From Bacillales bacterium UBA1188 (GTDB lineage Bacteria; Bacillota_I; Bacilli_A; Izemoplasmatales; UBA1188), in assembly GCA_002310135.1 (NCBI GenBank), contig DBYK01000003.1:24939-88938 (forward strand): a stretch of 64,000 nucleotides of DNA, read 5' to 3'. The translations under genes were made by a program, and so were the position numbers. Each line of letters starts with the position of its first letter. Position 1 is the first letter of the stretch. The notes under the pieces were generated by a model. It saw only the letters and a program-made list of their open reading frames with translations. It made no database searches and was not told the origin of the DNA. Positions 56,538-64,000 of the stretch are shown here, one piece after another.

Positions 56538-57986
56538 TTATTCTTCTTTCACTAAATTATCACTATATCTACTCCAGAAATAACCTGTCTTAAATTCTGA
56601 CAATTTCCCATTTACAATCACAATCTTTAAAGTAGTTGGAGCGCCTTTAAGTAGGTTATCTGAAACAGAGATATTAGCTTCAGATTTTTCTAAAATATAA
56701 ATATGCGTTAAAGAACTACATCCTAAGAAAGCTCCATTATCAATAAAACTATATCCAACTGGTACTCTTACTTTTTTAAGGTTAGATAAGTTGTTCAGTG
56801 ATGTAGATGAAAGAGATATTATATATTTATTATCATGGATTACTGGAAGAATTATTTCTTCTAATTCTTTTACTTCGTTCTTATAACCTACTATACTTAA
56901 GAATCCATTTTCATCTTCTTCATACAAGAAAAGATTTGAATCTGTGTAATTTAAAGTAAAATCTATGTCTCTACCTTGATAAATTGGTTCAGGTGGAGTT
57001 GGAAGAATATAATCTAATTTTGTTGCATCCCCATCTTTAAGTTTTAAATCTTTAACTAGTTGTACAGTTCTCAATATTTTACCTTTATCATTCAAATGAA
57101 AATTTGTATCATAAAAATACCTATAATCATAAATGTAGTCTACTGGGTCAGAAATAATGCTACAATCCAAGTTATCAAATAAGAATTTATAATAATCTTC
57201 TATATCGCTCATATAAGTGTTTGGATTAAGCGCTCTTTCATTTACCGGTGAAAATGAATAATAAACAGTTGCACCTAATTTAGTGCAATACTTCACATAT
57301 TTATTCACATATTCGATGAAATCTTTCTCAATATCGTTTTTGTTGTGCTCAACTACATTATTTAAAAAACCAGTTGGAAGAATATTCCCTTCACGTGGGA
57401 ATAAATCTTCGCCGATTTCTCCATATTCATTCACAGAATTATTGCAATAAACATTAGATAAATCAAAAACTATATTATTTCTTTTATTATCAATCTTAGT
57501 TAATGAAAAATCATAGAATGCGCCAATTACATCTTTATAATTATCAAAACCAATCTTCGATAATATATCTAGTCTTTCTTCAGTTGCTTTAAGCATTGAT
57601 TCTTTACCAAAATATAGAGAAGTAGATTCTTTTGTAACTTCAGGTGCGATGATGATAATGTCACCTTTATTGATATTAGTCTTAGATAAATCTAACATCA
57701 CTTTAGTGCCAAAAGAGCCATATAGTCCGAAAGATACTATAGGTTTATGATATAGTTCAAAGAATAATTCTGAATCCATTCCAAAAGCAATGTTTGATCC
57801 ACCAATTAAGATAACTTTTTCTTCATTGATGGAATTAAGCCTATCATATTGTTTAGATAAAGCAGCATAATAAGTTTTATCGTATTGTGGTGAATATGAC
57901 ATAGCAACTATAGGGATGCTTAAAAGAGGTGTTAAAACTAACACAAAGAATATAATTATATATATCAAAAGGTGTTTCTTTTTCAT
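56538..57986 (-). CDS. Membrane-anchored SGNH/DltD-like domain fused to a BspA-type LRR
   Basis: 482 aa with an N-terminal helix. It has ILIGGSNIAFGMD, a later DTNFHLNDKG and the C-terminal LRR_5-like FIDNGAFLGCSSLTHIYI. The stop lies 3 nt before the next gene. Confidence 0.55.
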   Translation of the reverse strand: MKKKHLLIYIIIFFVLVLTPLLSIPIVAMSYSPQYDKTYYAALSKQYDRLNSINEEKVILIGGSNIAFGMDSELFFELYHKPIVSFGLYGSFGTKVMLDLSKTNINKGDIIIIAPEVTKESTSLYFGKESMLKATEERLDILSKIGFDNYKDVIGAFYDFSLTKIDNKRNNIVFDLSNVYCNNSVNEYGEIGEDLFPREGNILPTGFLNNVVEHNKNDIEKDFIEYVNKYVKYCTKLGATVYYSFSPVNERALNPNTYMSDIEDYYKFLFDNLDCSIISDPVDYIYDYRYFYDTNFHLNDKGKILRTVQLVKDLKLKDGDATKLDYILPTPPEPIYQGRDIDFTLNYTDSNLFLYEEDENGFLSIVGYKNEVKELEEIILPVIHDNKYIISLSSTSLNNLSNLKKVRVPVGYSFIDNGAFLGCSSLTHIYILEKSEANISVSDNLLKGAPTTLKIVIVNGKLSEFKTGYFWSRYSDNLVKEE

Positions 57987-58009
57987 TATAACACTCCCTT
58001 TTTACAAGC

Positions 58010-58040
58010 AAATAAAGTGAGGAAAACCTCACTTTATTAT
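58010..58040 (-). terminator. Hairpin/terminator after the GH3 gene
   Basis: AAAGTGAGG-AAAA-CCTCACTTT, a 9-bp stem. On the minus strand ATTTGCTT follows, so there is no clean U-tract. Confidence 0.55.
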
Positions 58041-58065
58041 ATCATAATTATTTAAATAATTTATA

Positions 58066-61000
58066 TTATTCGTTCAAATTTTGAACATTCTCTTCTACTG
58101 AAATTGAATCATCAGAAGAGGCATCAATTTCTAAAGCCAGTTCTTTTTTAGCTTTTGTAATTGCGAAGAATCCCCATACTGCAAATCCTAGTGCAAGAGC
58201 AACTGGTAAGAATTGAAGTACAGTTTCCCACCAAGCATAGTATTCGATATAATATCCACCTTCGCCAGAACCATTCATAGCGTTAGATCTAGAAATTGTA
58301 TATAGAATATTCTTAGTTGCTTGTCTTAAAACAGTGATATCTGCTGCAGTTGTTGCATTCCAAGATTTTGGTAATGTAGCAAGGTTCAAATCTCCACCAG
58401 CATAACACATTTGTTTAGTGTTCATAAATGGTTCAGTATTGAAGTCGCAGATTACTAAGCCTTTGAACCCCCATTCATCTCTTAAAATAGTTGTTAAGAG
58501 TCTGTAGTCACCACCAGTCCAAAGTGTACCAATTCTATTAAATGATGACATAACGCCCATTGCTCCGCCTTCTTTAACAGCGATTTCAAATGGTTTTAAG
58601 TATAATTCTCTTAAAGATTGTTCAGTGAGCCATGTACATACACCGCTTCTATTTGTTTCTTGATCGTTTACACAGAAGTGCTTAACTTGACAATATACAC
58701 CTCTACTTCTAGCACCGAGAACAACTTGAGCAGCTAATTTGCCTGAAATAAATGGATCTTCTGAATAATATTCAAAGTTACGTCCTGAGAATGGAGTTCT
58801 GTGTAAGTTAACAGCTGGAGCATACCAACCTGCATAAGGTTTCTTATCACCTCTTTGGTTACCAATAACACCTTCATTACCTACTGATTGACCCATTTCA
58901 TATGCGAGTTCTGTATTCCAAGTTGCAGCAATAACGCATTCACTAGCATAAGAACATGTTCTATATACTGGGTTAGATGATTCAATAGCTGCTAAGAAGA
59001 ATACGAATCCAACTGGTCCATCTGATGAGAATGTTGGCATTAAACCGATTGATGATAAGGCAGTAGTCTTGAACGCACCTTTCATAGTGAAATCCATCAT
59101 CTCATTAACTGTTAAGATATTGAGATAATTTTCCCATCTAGCATCATTATAAAGAACCATTGTAGTTCCAGCATCATCTCTTATAACTTCATCGTTTTCA
59201 TCGAACATAATTAATCTAAATAATTGTTCTGTTGAGTCTGGAGATGCTACTGTTGCTTGTTCAGGCATTGGAACGTTATCTTGAGTATAAATTGGGTTAT
59301 TGATATAAGTTTCATCTTTAATCTTATTTAAGAATTCTTGAGGTACAGTTCTTTCAGCATTAGAGCCATTTAATACTTCGTTTACTGGGAATGTTCCAGC
59401 AAAATTAGTTCTTGAAAGCACTGATTCCATACCATAATTTTCTTCAAAACTTACATCATCATATAAATTTTCAACTACAGTTCCTGTAGTAGTATCATTT
59501 CTATATTGAACATTTGATGTTAGAGTGAATGATCTATTTAATACTTCAGTGTGAGAGTTCTTCATTACTCTTACAGTATAGAGTCCTGAATCTAGTTCAT
59601 AACCTCTAAAGCTGTTATTATTCTTATCATCAAAGTCGTATGATGCGAAATCATAACCATTAAATTCAATAACAACATCTTCTTGTTGATTTGGATTTAG
59701 AAGACTAGTTTTTGCAAATCCAGTGAGCACTATATAAGATTTTTCAATCTCACCTTGAGTATATGGAGCAGTCACATAAACTTGAACAACATCTTTACCA
59801 GCAACACTACCAGTATTCTTTACAGTAACTGTTAGTGTGAATTTTTGATCTTGTGCTTGAGTCCAAGTTAATTCTTCACCAGCATCGAATGATGCATCTT
59901 TTAATGTCCAAGTAAATGTAGTGTATGATAGGCCATATCCAAATGGGAATACAACATTATTGTTATACCAAGTTTCATTGTCTAATCCTCTTGTTTCATA
60001 ATATCTATAACCTAAATAGATTCCTTCTTCATAATCTACATAGTGTTCTGTGATATCTTGAGTGCCACCACCTTGTGGTAAATATTGGTTACCATTTTCT
60101 ACTAAATAATCTGAAAAGTTTTGGTAAGTTGGATCTTTTGTGAAATCTCTTTGATATAAATCAATAGTTCTACCAGAAGGATTTACACTACCTTTAAGCA
60201 CTCTACCAAGTGCCATAATTCCTGAGTATCCAGGACCACCAATCCATAGCGCACCTTGAATCTTAGTATCGATATTTGCCATACCATCAACGAGAGTTAA
60301 ATCATTATCATTGATATTATCTAAGAATCCAAGTTCCATTTGAGTTGAAGAGTTGATTATGACAATAACTTTATTAAAGTTATTGCATGCCTCAACAAGC
60401 ATATCTTGTTCATTTTTATCAAGTTCAAGATAATGGTCGGCAGGATTAAGTGCACCTTCAGTATCAATCATAGTTCTTGGAAGGTCATAAGATTCACCAC
60501 CAATTCTTGTGAATACTACTAAAGCAGCATCGCTAAAGTTAGCGTAACTATTTCTGATATCTTGTGTATATTTTGAAATTGGTGTTTCACCAGTAGCCAT
60601 TCCTGAATATGTTCCTCTACCATTATCTAATCCAGGAGAATCAGGTCTACCATTTCCTGATAGATTAGATTTTGAATAGAAGTTATGAAGTACTGTATTA
60701 TAAACAAATCCAGCAGCTTCCAAGCTATCGTAAAGTGTAGGAGTTTCGCTTGTTACAGTGAAAGCACCAGAACCTGAACCACCATAAGATAGATTCACAG
60801 AGTTTTTACCAAACACACTAATTCTGCTTCCCTCTGCGAGTGGTAAAGCATTACCTTCGTTTTTAAGAAGAATGATACCTTCTTCATTTATTTTTTCATT
60901 TAATAAATTAGCTTTTTTAAATGCATCTTCTTTATCATCATAATCAGATACATAATATGTACCGCCACCAAAATTCTTTGTCATTCTAGGGCCAAGTACA

Positions 61001-61125
61001 CCTGTTAATAATTCAAAGAATACAGTTTCAGCGAGAATTAAAACTATTACAAAGAATACAATAAGAGATACTGATGTAATAAGCCATGATCTTACGCCTT
61101 TATTTTTAAATACGTTAACTTTCAT
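58066..61125 (-). CDS. Glycoside hydrolase family 3 (beta-glucosidase-like), domain-permuted, with a membrane helix at each end
   Basis: The catalytic (beta/alpha)8 block lies in the C-terminal half (SSDGPVG, GRNFEYYSEDP, KHFCVNDQETNR, GFKGLVICDFN). The alpha/beta-sandwich and FnIII-like parts come first. I place the start at the ATG preceded by AGGAGGG. Hydrophobic helices lie at both termini. Confidence 0.8.
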   Translation of the reverse strand: MKVNVFKNKGVRSWLITSVSLIVFFVIVLILAETVFFELLTGVLGPRMTKNFGGGTYYVSDYDDKEDAFKKANLLNEKINEEGIILLKNEGNALPLAEGSRISVFGKNSVNLSYGGSGSGAFTVTSETPTLYDSLEAAGFVYNTVLHNFYSKSNLSGNGRPDSPGLDNGRGTYSGMATGETPISKYTQDIRNSYANFSDAALVVFTRIGGESYDLPRTMIDTEGALNPADHYLELDKNEQDMLVEACNNFNKVIVIINSSTQMELGFLDNINDNDLTLVDGMANIDTKIQGALWIGGPGYSGIMALGRVLKGSVNPSGRTIDLYQRDFTKDPTYQNFSDYLVENGNQYLPQGGGTQDITEHYVDYEEGIYLGYRYYETRGLDNETWYNNNVVFPFGYGLSYTTFTWTLKDASFDAGEELTWTQAQDQKFTLTVTVKNTGSVAGKDVVQVYVTAPYTQGEIEKSYIVLTGFAKTSLLNPNQQEDVVIEFNGYDFASYDFDDKNNNSFRGYELDSGLYTVRVMKNSHTEVLNRSFTLTSNVQYRNDTTTGTVVENLYDDVSFEENYGMESVLSRTNFAGTFPVNEVLNGSNAERTVPQEFLNKIKDETYINNPIYTQDNVPMPEQATVASPDSTEQLFRLIMFDENDEVIRDDAGTTMVLYNDARWENYLNILTVNEMMDFTMKGAFKTTALSSIGLMPTFSSDGPVGFVFFLAAIESSNPVYRTCSYASECVIAATWNTELAYEMGQSVGNEGVIGNQRGDKKPYAGWYAPAVNLHRTPFSGRNFEYYSEDPFISGKLAAQVVLGARSRGVYCQVKHFCVNDQETNRSGVCTWLTEQSLRELYLKPFEIAVKEGGAMGVMSSFNRIGTLWTGGDYRLLTTILRDEWGFKGLVICDFNTEPFMNTKQMCYAGGDLNLATLPKSWNATTAADITVLRQATKNILYTISRSNAMNGSGEGGYYIEYYAWWETVLQFLPVALALGFAVWGFFAITKAKKELALEIDASSDDSISVEENVQNLNE

Positions 61126-61136
61126 TATTCTCCCTC

Positions 61137-62846
61137 CTATTGTCCAAATTCGTTTCCTGTTATAGGATCCCAACTTAATTCTGCAGATGTTGTAATCTTG
61201 ATACAGTCGATAACTGGAGCAGTACCAGCCATTGTACCACCCATACCATGAGAGTTAGCTGTTGTAAATCTGATTACATTTATACCTTCTTTTAAGTGAA
61301 GTGTAGTTGTTAGAACATGATCAGAGAATGGTCTCTTTCCACCTGTTGCTTCATGTCCTTGAGCATCAGTAATTTCGATAGTTGGATATATAATAGGTTC
61401 TCCATTGATTGTTATTTCATAACAAGAATAAAGAGTACCATTTTCAGTTTCACCATCATTTAAAATTGGGTCAAGAGCGAATCCCATACTTTCACATGAT
61501 ATTCTAAAGATTAATGTTGCATCTTCTACTTCTCTATCTGAGGTGATAATAAATTGAATAAATAAATCTTCTTGGAATAAGTATGTTACATAATAGCCAT
61601 TAGAAGCATTGATACCTTCTTGTCCTGTTCCAGGAGGATCAACCATGTTACGGCCTTCTGCACCACCTGATGCACCCATACCTTTTGTAGGTTGTCCGTT
61701 ATCATCAACTAACATTACGTGTTCAGCTTCAAAGATATAAGTTGCAGTCCATTTAGCATATAATGTGAAATCGCTACTTACTGAAGTATTGAAGTCATAT
61801 GCAGTTGTGCAAGCACTATCAGTATACCAACCTATGAATGTGTATTGAGATACTTGATGTCCTTTTGTACCGACACCATCTCTTGTTGGAGATGCTGGTT
61901 GAGCAACTTTCAAACCTTCTAGTACTTCAACATCATCCATTTCATCTGCACCACTATAGTTAAGATCAAATGAAACGTGGAATGTTTCAAGGTTTTGAGC
62001 TGAAGTATCTTGCCATCCAGCGTAAATAGTAATATTTGATGTGATATTGGTATCAAAACTAAACATATTTTCGCATTCTGGATCACTATACCAGCCAGTA
62101 AACACTATAGCACCATTTTCGCCTCTATTTGAAACAGATTTAGATTGAGCTTTTCCTCTTACAGTTAAACCTTCTTCATTAGTTGCGCCATCATAATTGA
62201 AGTTGTAAGTTACAGTATATTTTTGAATCCATTTAGCATATATAGTTGTATCAGCTAGAATATGTGTTAAGTTGAAATCAAATAGATTATCAAATTCAGA
62301 AGTTGTATACCAACCCATGAAATCAAAGCCACTTCTTTGTGGTTCTTCTGGAACTTCAACTAAACTATTGATTATTACTTCAACAGGCTCTAATGGCTCA
62401 GATGCTTCATAACCTAAATTGAAACTTACTAAGAATTTTGGATCACCTACTTCTATTAAATACCTAACAGTCTTGTCCTTGTATTGTAATAGAACATATT
62501 TGTCACCCTTAGATTCCATACCTGGAGCTACAACAGTAACATCATCATTAGGTAAAGTAATTTCAAGGTCAGCAGTACCATCATTGAATGTAACTAAAAG
62601 TTTTCCGCCTGATACATCCAAAGATTCATTAATCGCAAAATATAATTTATCAGGTTGCTTACTCAATGTAAGACTTTCGATATTAGATTTTACGACTTCT
62701 CCAAGCTTTTGATGGCAGTTATCGCACTTACCATCACCATCTCTATCGATATGGCTTATACAAACTAGCTTAGCTTGACAAGCAATTAATATGATAGAAA
62801 TAGAAAGCATTAATATGGAGAGAATTACATTAAAAACTTTTTTCAT
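61137..62846 (-). CDS. Lipoprotein with Listeria-Bacteroides (Flg_new) repeats and a C-terminal CBM-like beta-sandwich
   Basis: 569 aa with lipobox ILIAC. There are three repeats of the type GFDFMGWYT...IYAKW, FTGWYSD...IYAGW and FIGWYTD...LYAKW. The C-terminus YIFEAEH...NVIRF...APVIDCIKI resembles a CBM6/35-type module. Confidence 0.6.
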   Translation of the reverse strand: MKKVFNVILSILMLSISIILIACQAKLVCISHIDRDGDGKCDNCHQKLGEVVKSNIESLTLSKQPDKLYFAINESLDVSGGKLLVTFNDGTADLEITLPNDDVTVVAPGMESKGDKYVLLQYKDKTVRYLIEVGDPKFLVSFNLGYEASEPLEPVEVIINSLVEVPEEPQRSGFDFMGWYTTSEFDNLFDFNLTHILADTTIYAKWIQKYTVTYNFNYDGATNEEGLTVRGKAQSKSVSNRGENGAIVFTGWYSDPECENMFSFDTNITSNITIYAGWQDTSAQNLETFHVSFDLNYSGADEMDDVEVLEGLKVAQPASPTRDGVGTKGHQVSQYTFIGWYTDSACTTAYDFNTSVSSDFTLYAKWTATYIFEAEHVMLVDDNGQPTKGMGASGGAEGRNMVDPPGTGQEGINASNGYYVTYLFQEDLFIQFIITSDREVEDATLIFRISCESMGFALDPILNDGETENGTLYSCYEITINGEPIIYPTIEITDAQGHEATGGKRPFSDHVLTTTLHLKEGINVIRFTTANSHGMGGTMAGTAPVIDCIKITTSAELSWDPITGNEFGQ

Positions 62847-62928
62847 TCTATGTTCTCCTTTTAATATTTTTTATTCTACAAAAATAATTAATTAACTTAA
62901 CTATCTTTATAGAACAAAAAATAACATA

Positions 62929-62958
62929 ACATTCGGAGGGTTAAAACCCTCCGAACTT
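62929..62958 (-). terminator. Terminator of the collagen-like protein gene
   Basis: TTCGGAGGG (62932-62940) pairs with CCCTCCGAA (62947-62955), a perfect 9 bp. On the minus strand a T-rich tract follows. Confidence 0.65.
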
Positions 62959-62982
62959 ATATTATATTTAGAGTGAATAGAA

Positions 62983-64000
62983 TTAGTCTTCTCTTCTTCT
63001 TAATACTACACAAGCACCAAGAGATGCAATTGCGAAGATTGCAAGACCAGAGAGGCCAATTACAGATTCACAACCAGATTTAGCATCAGCACCAGCAGGG
63101 CCTTGTGGACCTTGTGGACCAACTGGACCTTGAGGACCTTGAGCACCAGTTTCACCTTGAGGACCTTGTGGACCTTGAGCACCTGTAGCACCTGTAGCAC
63201 CAGTGTCACCCTTAGGACCTTGTGGACCTACTAATTCTTCTACTTCAATAACATCAACCCATTCACCACCATTGATGCTAGCTTGAATCTTTCCATCTTC
63301 AACTCTGAATTCGATTGTATCAGGAATATTTTCAAATCTAGCAGTGTATGAAGCATTAGCGTTAACTGGAGCAGTTGCATCAAATTCAGCGCCTTGAGCT
63401 GTGAACCATCCAACAAATTGTTTGCCTTCTGGAGCAGCTGGAGCAGCTGGAGCTTGAACGTTTCCGCCAGCTAAAACTTTTTGTTCAACACCATCAAATG
63501 ATACAGTGTATGCAGTACCAACAACTAATTGTACAGTCTTGTTATATCTAGAAGTTGATTCACTTGCTCTACCATTTCTAACTGTTCTAGTTACAACTGC
63601 ATATGTGAATGTTACATCGTAAATTCCATCAGTTGTAGCAGCACCAGAAATATCACCTGTTTCAGCATTTAATGTTAAACCTTCTGGAAGTCCTGCAGCA
63701 CTTAATGTTACAGATACTGTACCAGCTTGGTTAGAACCTAGATTTGGAGTTGGAGCCCATGCAGATTGACTAACACTAGCAGTGTATGCAGCATCCTTAG
63801 TTAAGTTAGTTTGGCCACTAAATACTATAGCATCAACTAATCTAACTTTGATTGTTCTAGTAACAGATGCCCAGTTATCATAAGATACTTTGATTACAAC
63901 GTTACCAGTAGCACCAGCTACAGTTCTATTAGTTCCACTGAATGTTAAGTTGCTTGCATTGAATGTTACGTTTTCAGGTAAGTTACTACTTACAACTTCG
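62983..64000 (-). CDS. Surface protein (5' part outside the window): beta-rich/Flg_new domains, a collagen-like G-X-Y stalk and a C-terminal membrane anchor
   Basis: I checked codon by codon that the frame stays open from the window edge to TAA at 62983-62985. The ORF track missed it because there is no in-window start. The product ends ...YTVSFDG..FVGWFTAQG..YTARF...(GXY)16..SGCESVIGLSGLAIFAIASLGACVVLRRRED. Confidence 0.7.
   Translation of the reverse strand, partial: EVVSSNLPENVTFNASNLTFSGTNRTVAGATGNVVIKVSYDNWASVTRTIKVRLVDAIVFSGQTNLTKDAAYTASVSQSAWAPTPNLGSNQAGTVSVTLSAAGLPEGLTLNAETGDISGAATTDGIYDVTFTYAVVTRTVRNGRASESTSRYNKTVQLVVGTAYTVSFDGVEQKVLAGGNVQAPAAPAAPEGKQFVGWFTAQGAEFDATAPVNANASYTARFENIPDTIEFRVEDGKIQASINGGEWVDVIEVEELVGPQGPKGDTGATGATGAQGPQGPQGETGAQGPQGPVGPQGPQGPAGADAKSGCESVIGLSGLAIFAIASLGACVVLRRRED
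63085..63228 (-). repeat. In-frame collagen-like repeat, 16 uninterrupted G-X-Y triplets
   Basis: The translation is GPQ GPK GDT GAT GAT GAQ GPQ GPQ GET GAQ GPQ GPV GPQ GPQ GPA GAD. The DNA shows the 9-nt GGACCTTGT/GGACCTTGA periodicity. Confidence 0.85.

Noticed and set aside
5374-62712. The remaining antisense or overlapping track ORFs: 5374-5598, 6408-6719, 9743-9952, 11635-11979, 18561-18827, 19290-19550, 21242-21430, 30261-30536, 31551-31763, 33192-33443, 33978-34178, 36057-36257, 38577-38942, 40173-40433, 40634-40864, 41357-41548, 43692-43889, 43903-44109, 45138-45344, 47121-47315, 52731-52997, 55647-55844 and 62419-62712.
   Set aside because: Each is fully embedded opposite, or out of frame with, a gene that has strong family signatures. 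None has a Shine-Dalgarno sequence. Their products are Ser/Leu/Phe/Ile-rich mirror translations with no motifs.
63085-63228. A 9-nt periodic DNA repeat (GGACCTTGT/GGACCTTGA ...) that at first glance could be a VNTR or a degenerate CRISPR-like array.
   Set aside because: It is perfectly in frame within an open reading frame and encodes G-X-Y triplets. There are no spacers and no flanking cas genes. It is reported as a coding collagen-like repeat instead.
1-64000. Possible UGA=Trp recoding (genetic code 4), given the Mollicutes-like composition.
   Set aside because: Long family-consistent ORFs are obtained with the standard code. Several genes (rarA at 2889-2891, recU at 5516-5518) terminate at TGA at the expected protein length, and conserved Trp positions are TGG.
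58066-64000. An impression that the GH3, CBM-lipoprotein and collagen-like genes are richer in G+C than the rest, which could indicate a horizontally acquired island.
   Set aside because: My hand counts of single 60-nt lines gave 27-47% in this region and 25-35% in core genes, so the ranges overlap heavily. Without a proper sliding-window GC and codon-usage calculation the claim is unsupported.
1-64000. A search for mobile elements, prophage genes, toxin-antitoxin pairs, restriction-modification or other recognisable defence systems, and CRISPR arrays.
   Set aside because: I saw no integrase, transposase, recombinase, terminal inverted repeats, cas genes, methyltransferase/endonuclease pairs or spaced direct repeats. 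The only Fic-like gene has a degenerate active site and no adjacent antitoxin-sized ORF.

Overview
This window is a 64-kb stretch of a very AT-rich bacterial chromosome that uses the standard genetic code: several genes end in TGA and Trp is TGG. About 60 tightly packed genes lie almost entirely on the minus strand, and many overlap by 1-20 nt. Most are housekeeping genes in the order familiar from Bacillus-type Firmicutes. Reading with the minus strand, that order is mtaB ... rpsU, phoH-ybeY-cdd-era-recO-glyQS-dnaG-rpoD-trmK-nif3, then fhs, parE-parC, recJ-apt-relA-dtd, hisS-aspS, lspA-rluD, sepF-yggT, deoC-deoD and thyA-folA-pdp. The plus strand carries obg-ruvA, rarA and recU.

Several signals suggest a wall-less, standard-code Mollicutes/Acholeplasma-like or closely related lineage, but this is tentative:
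- recU has no ponA beside it.
- sepF-yggT sits outside any dcw cluster.
- There are many lipoproteins.
- Surface proteins end in a C-terminal membrane helix rather than LPXTG.

I saw no rRNA, tRNA, CRISPR array, transposase or integrase.

The non-core material is:
1. A three-gene island of unknowns between rpsU and mtaB (48.7-51.7 kb). It holds a basic protein with an internal duplication and a uL15-like tail, plus two membrane-tethered proteins.
2. A surface and glycan-related cluster at 54-64 kb. It contains swapped-order SGNH-like/LRR proteins, a doubly anchored permuted GH3, a Listeria-Bacteroides-repeat/CBM lipoprotein, and a collagen-like anchored protein.
3. Several apparent pseudo-enzymes or diverged paralogues inside core operons: RNase J without metal ligands, a Fic-wHTH protein with a degenerate motif, a second sigma factor and a cyclophilin-like lipoprotein.
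4. A 750-bp gene-free gap after ruvA.

All calls rest on motif recognition by eye. No similarity search or folding calculation was possible.
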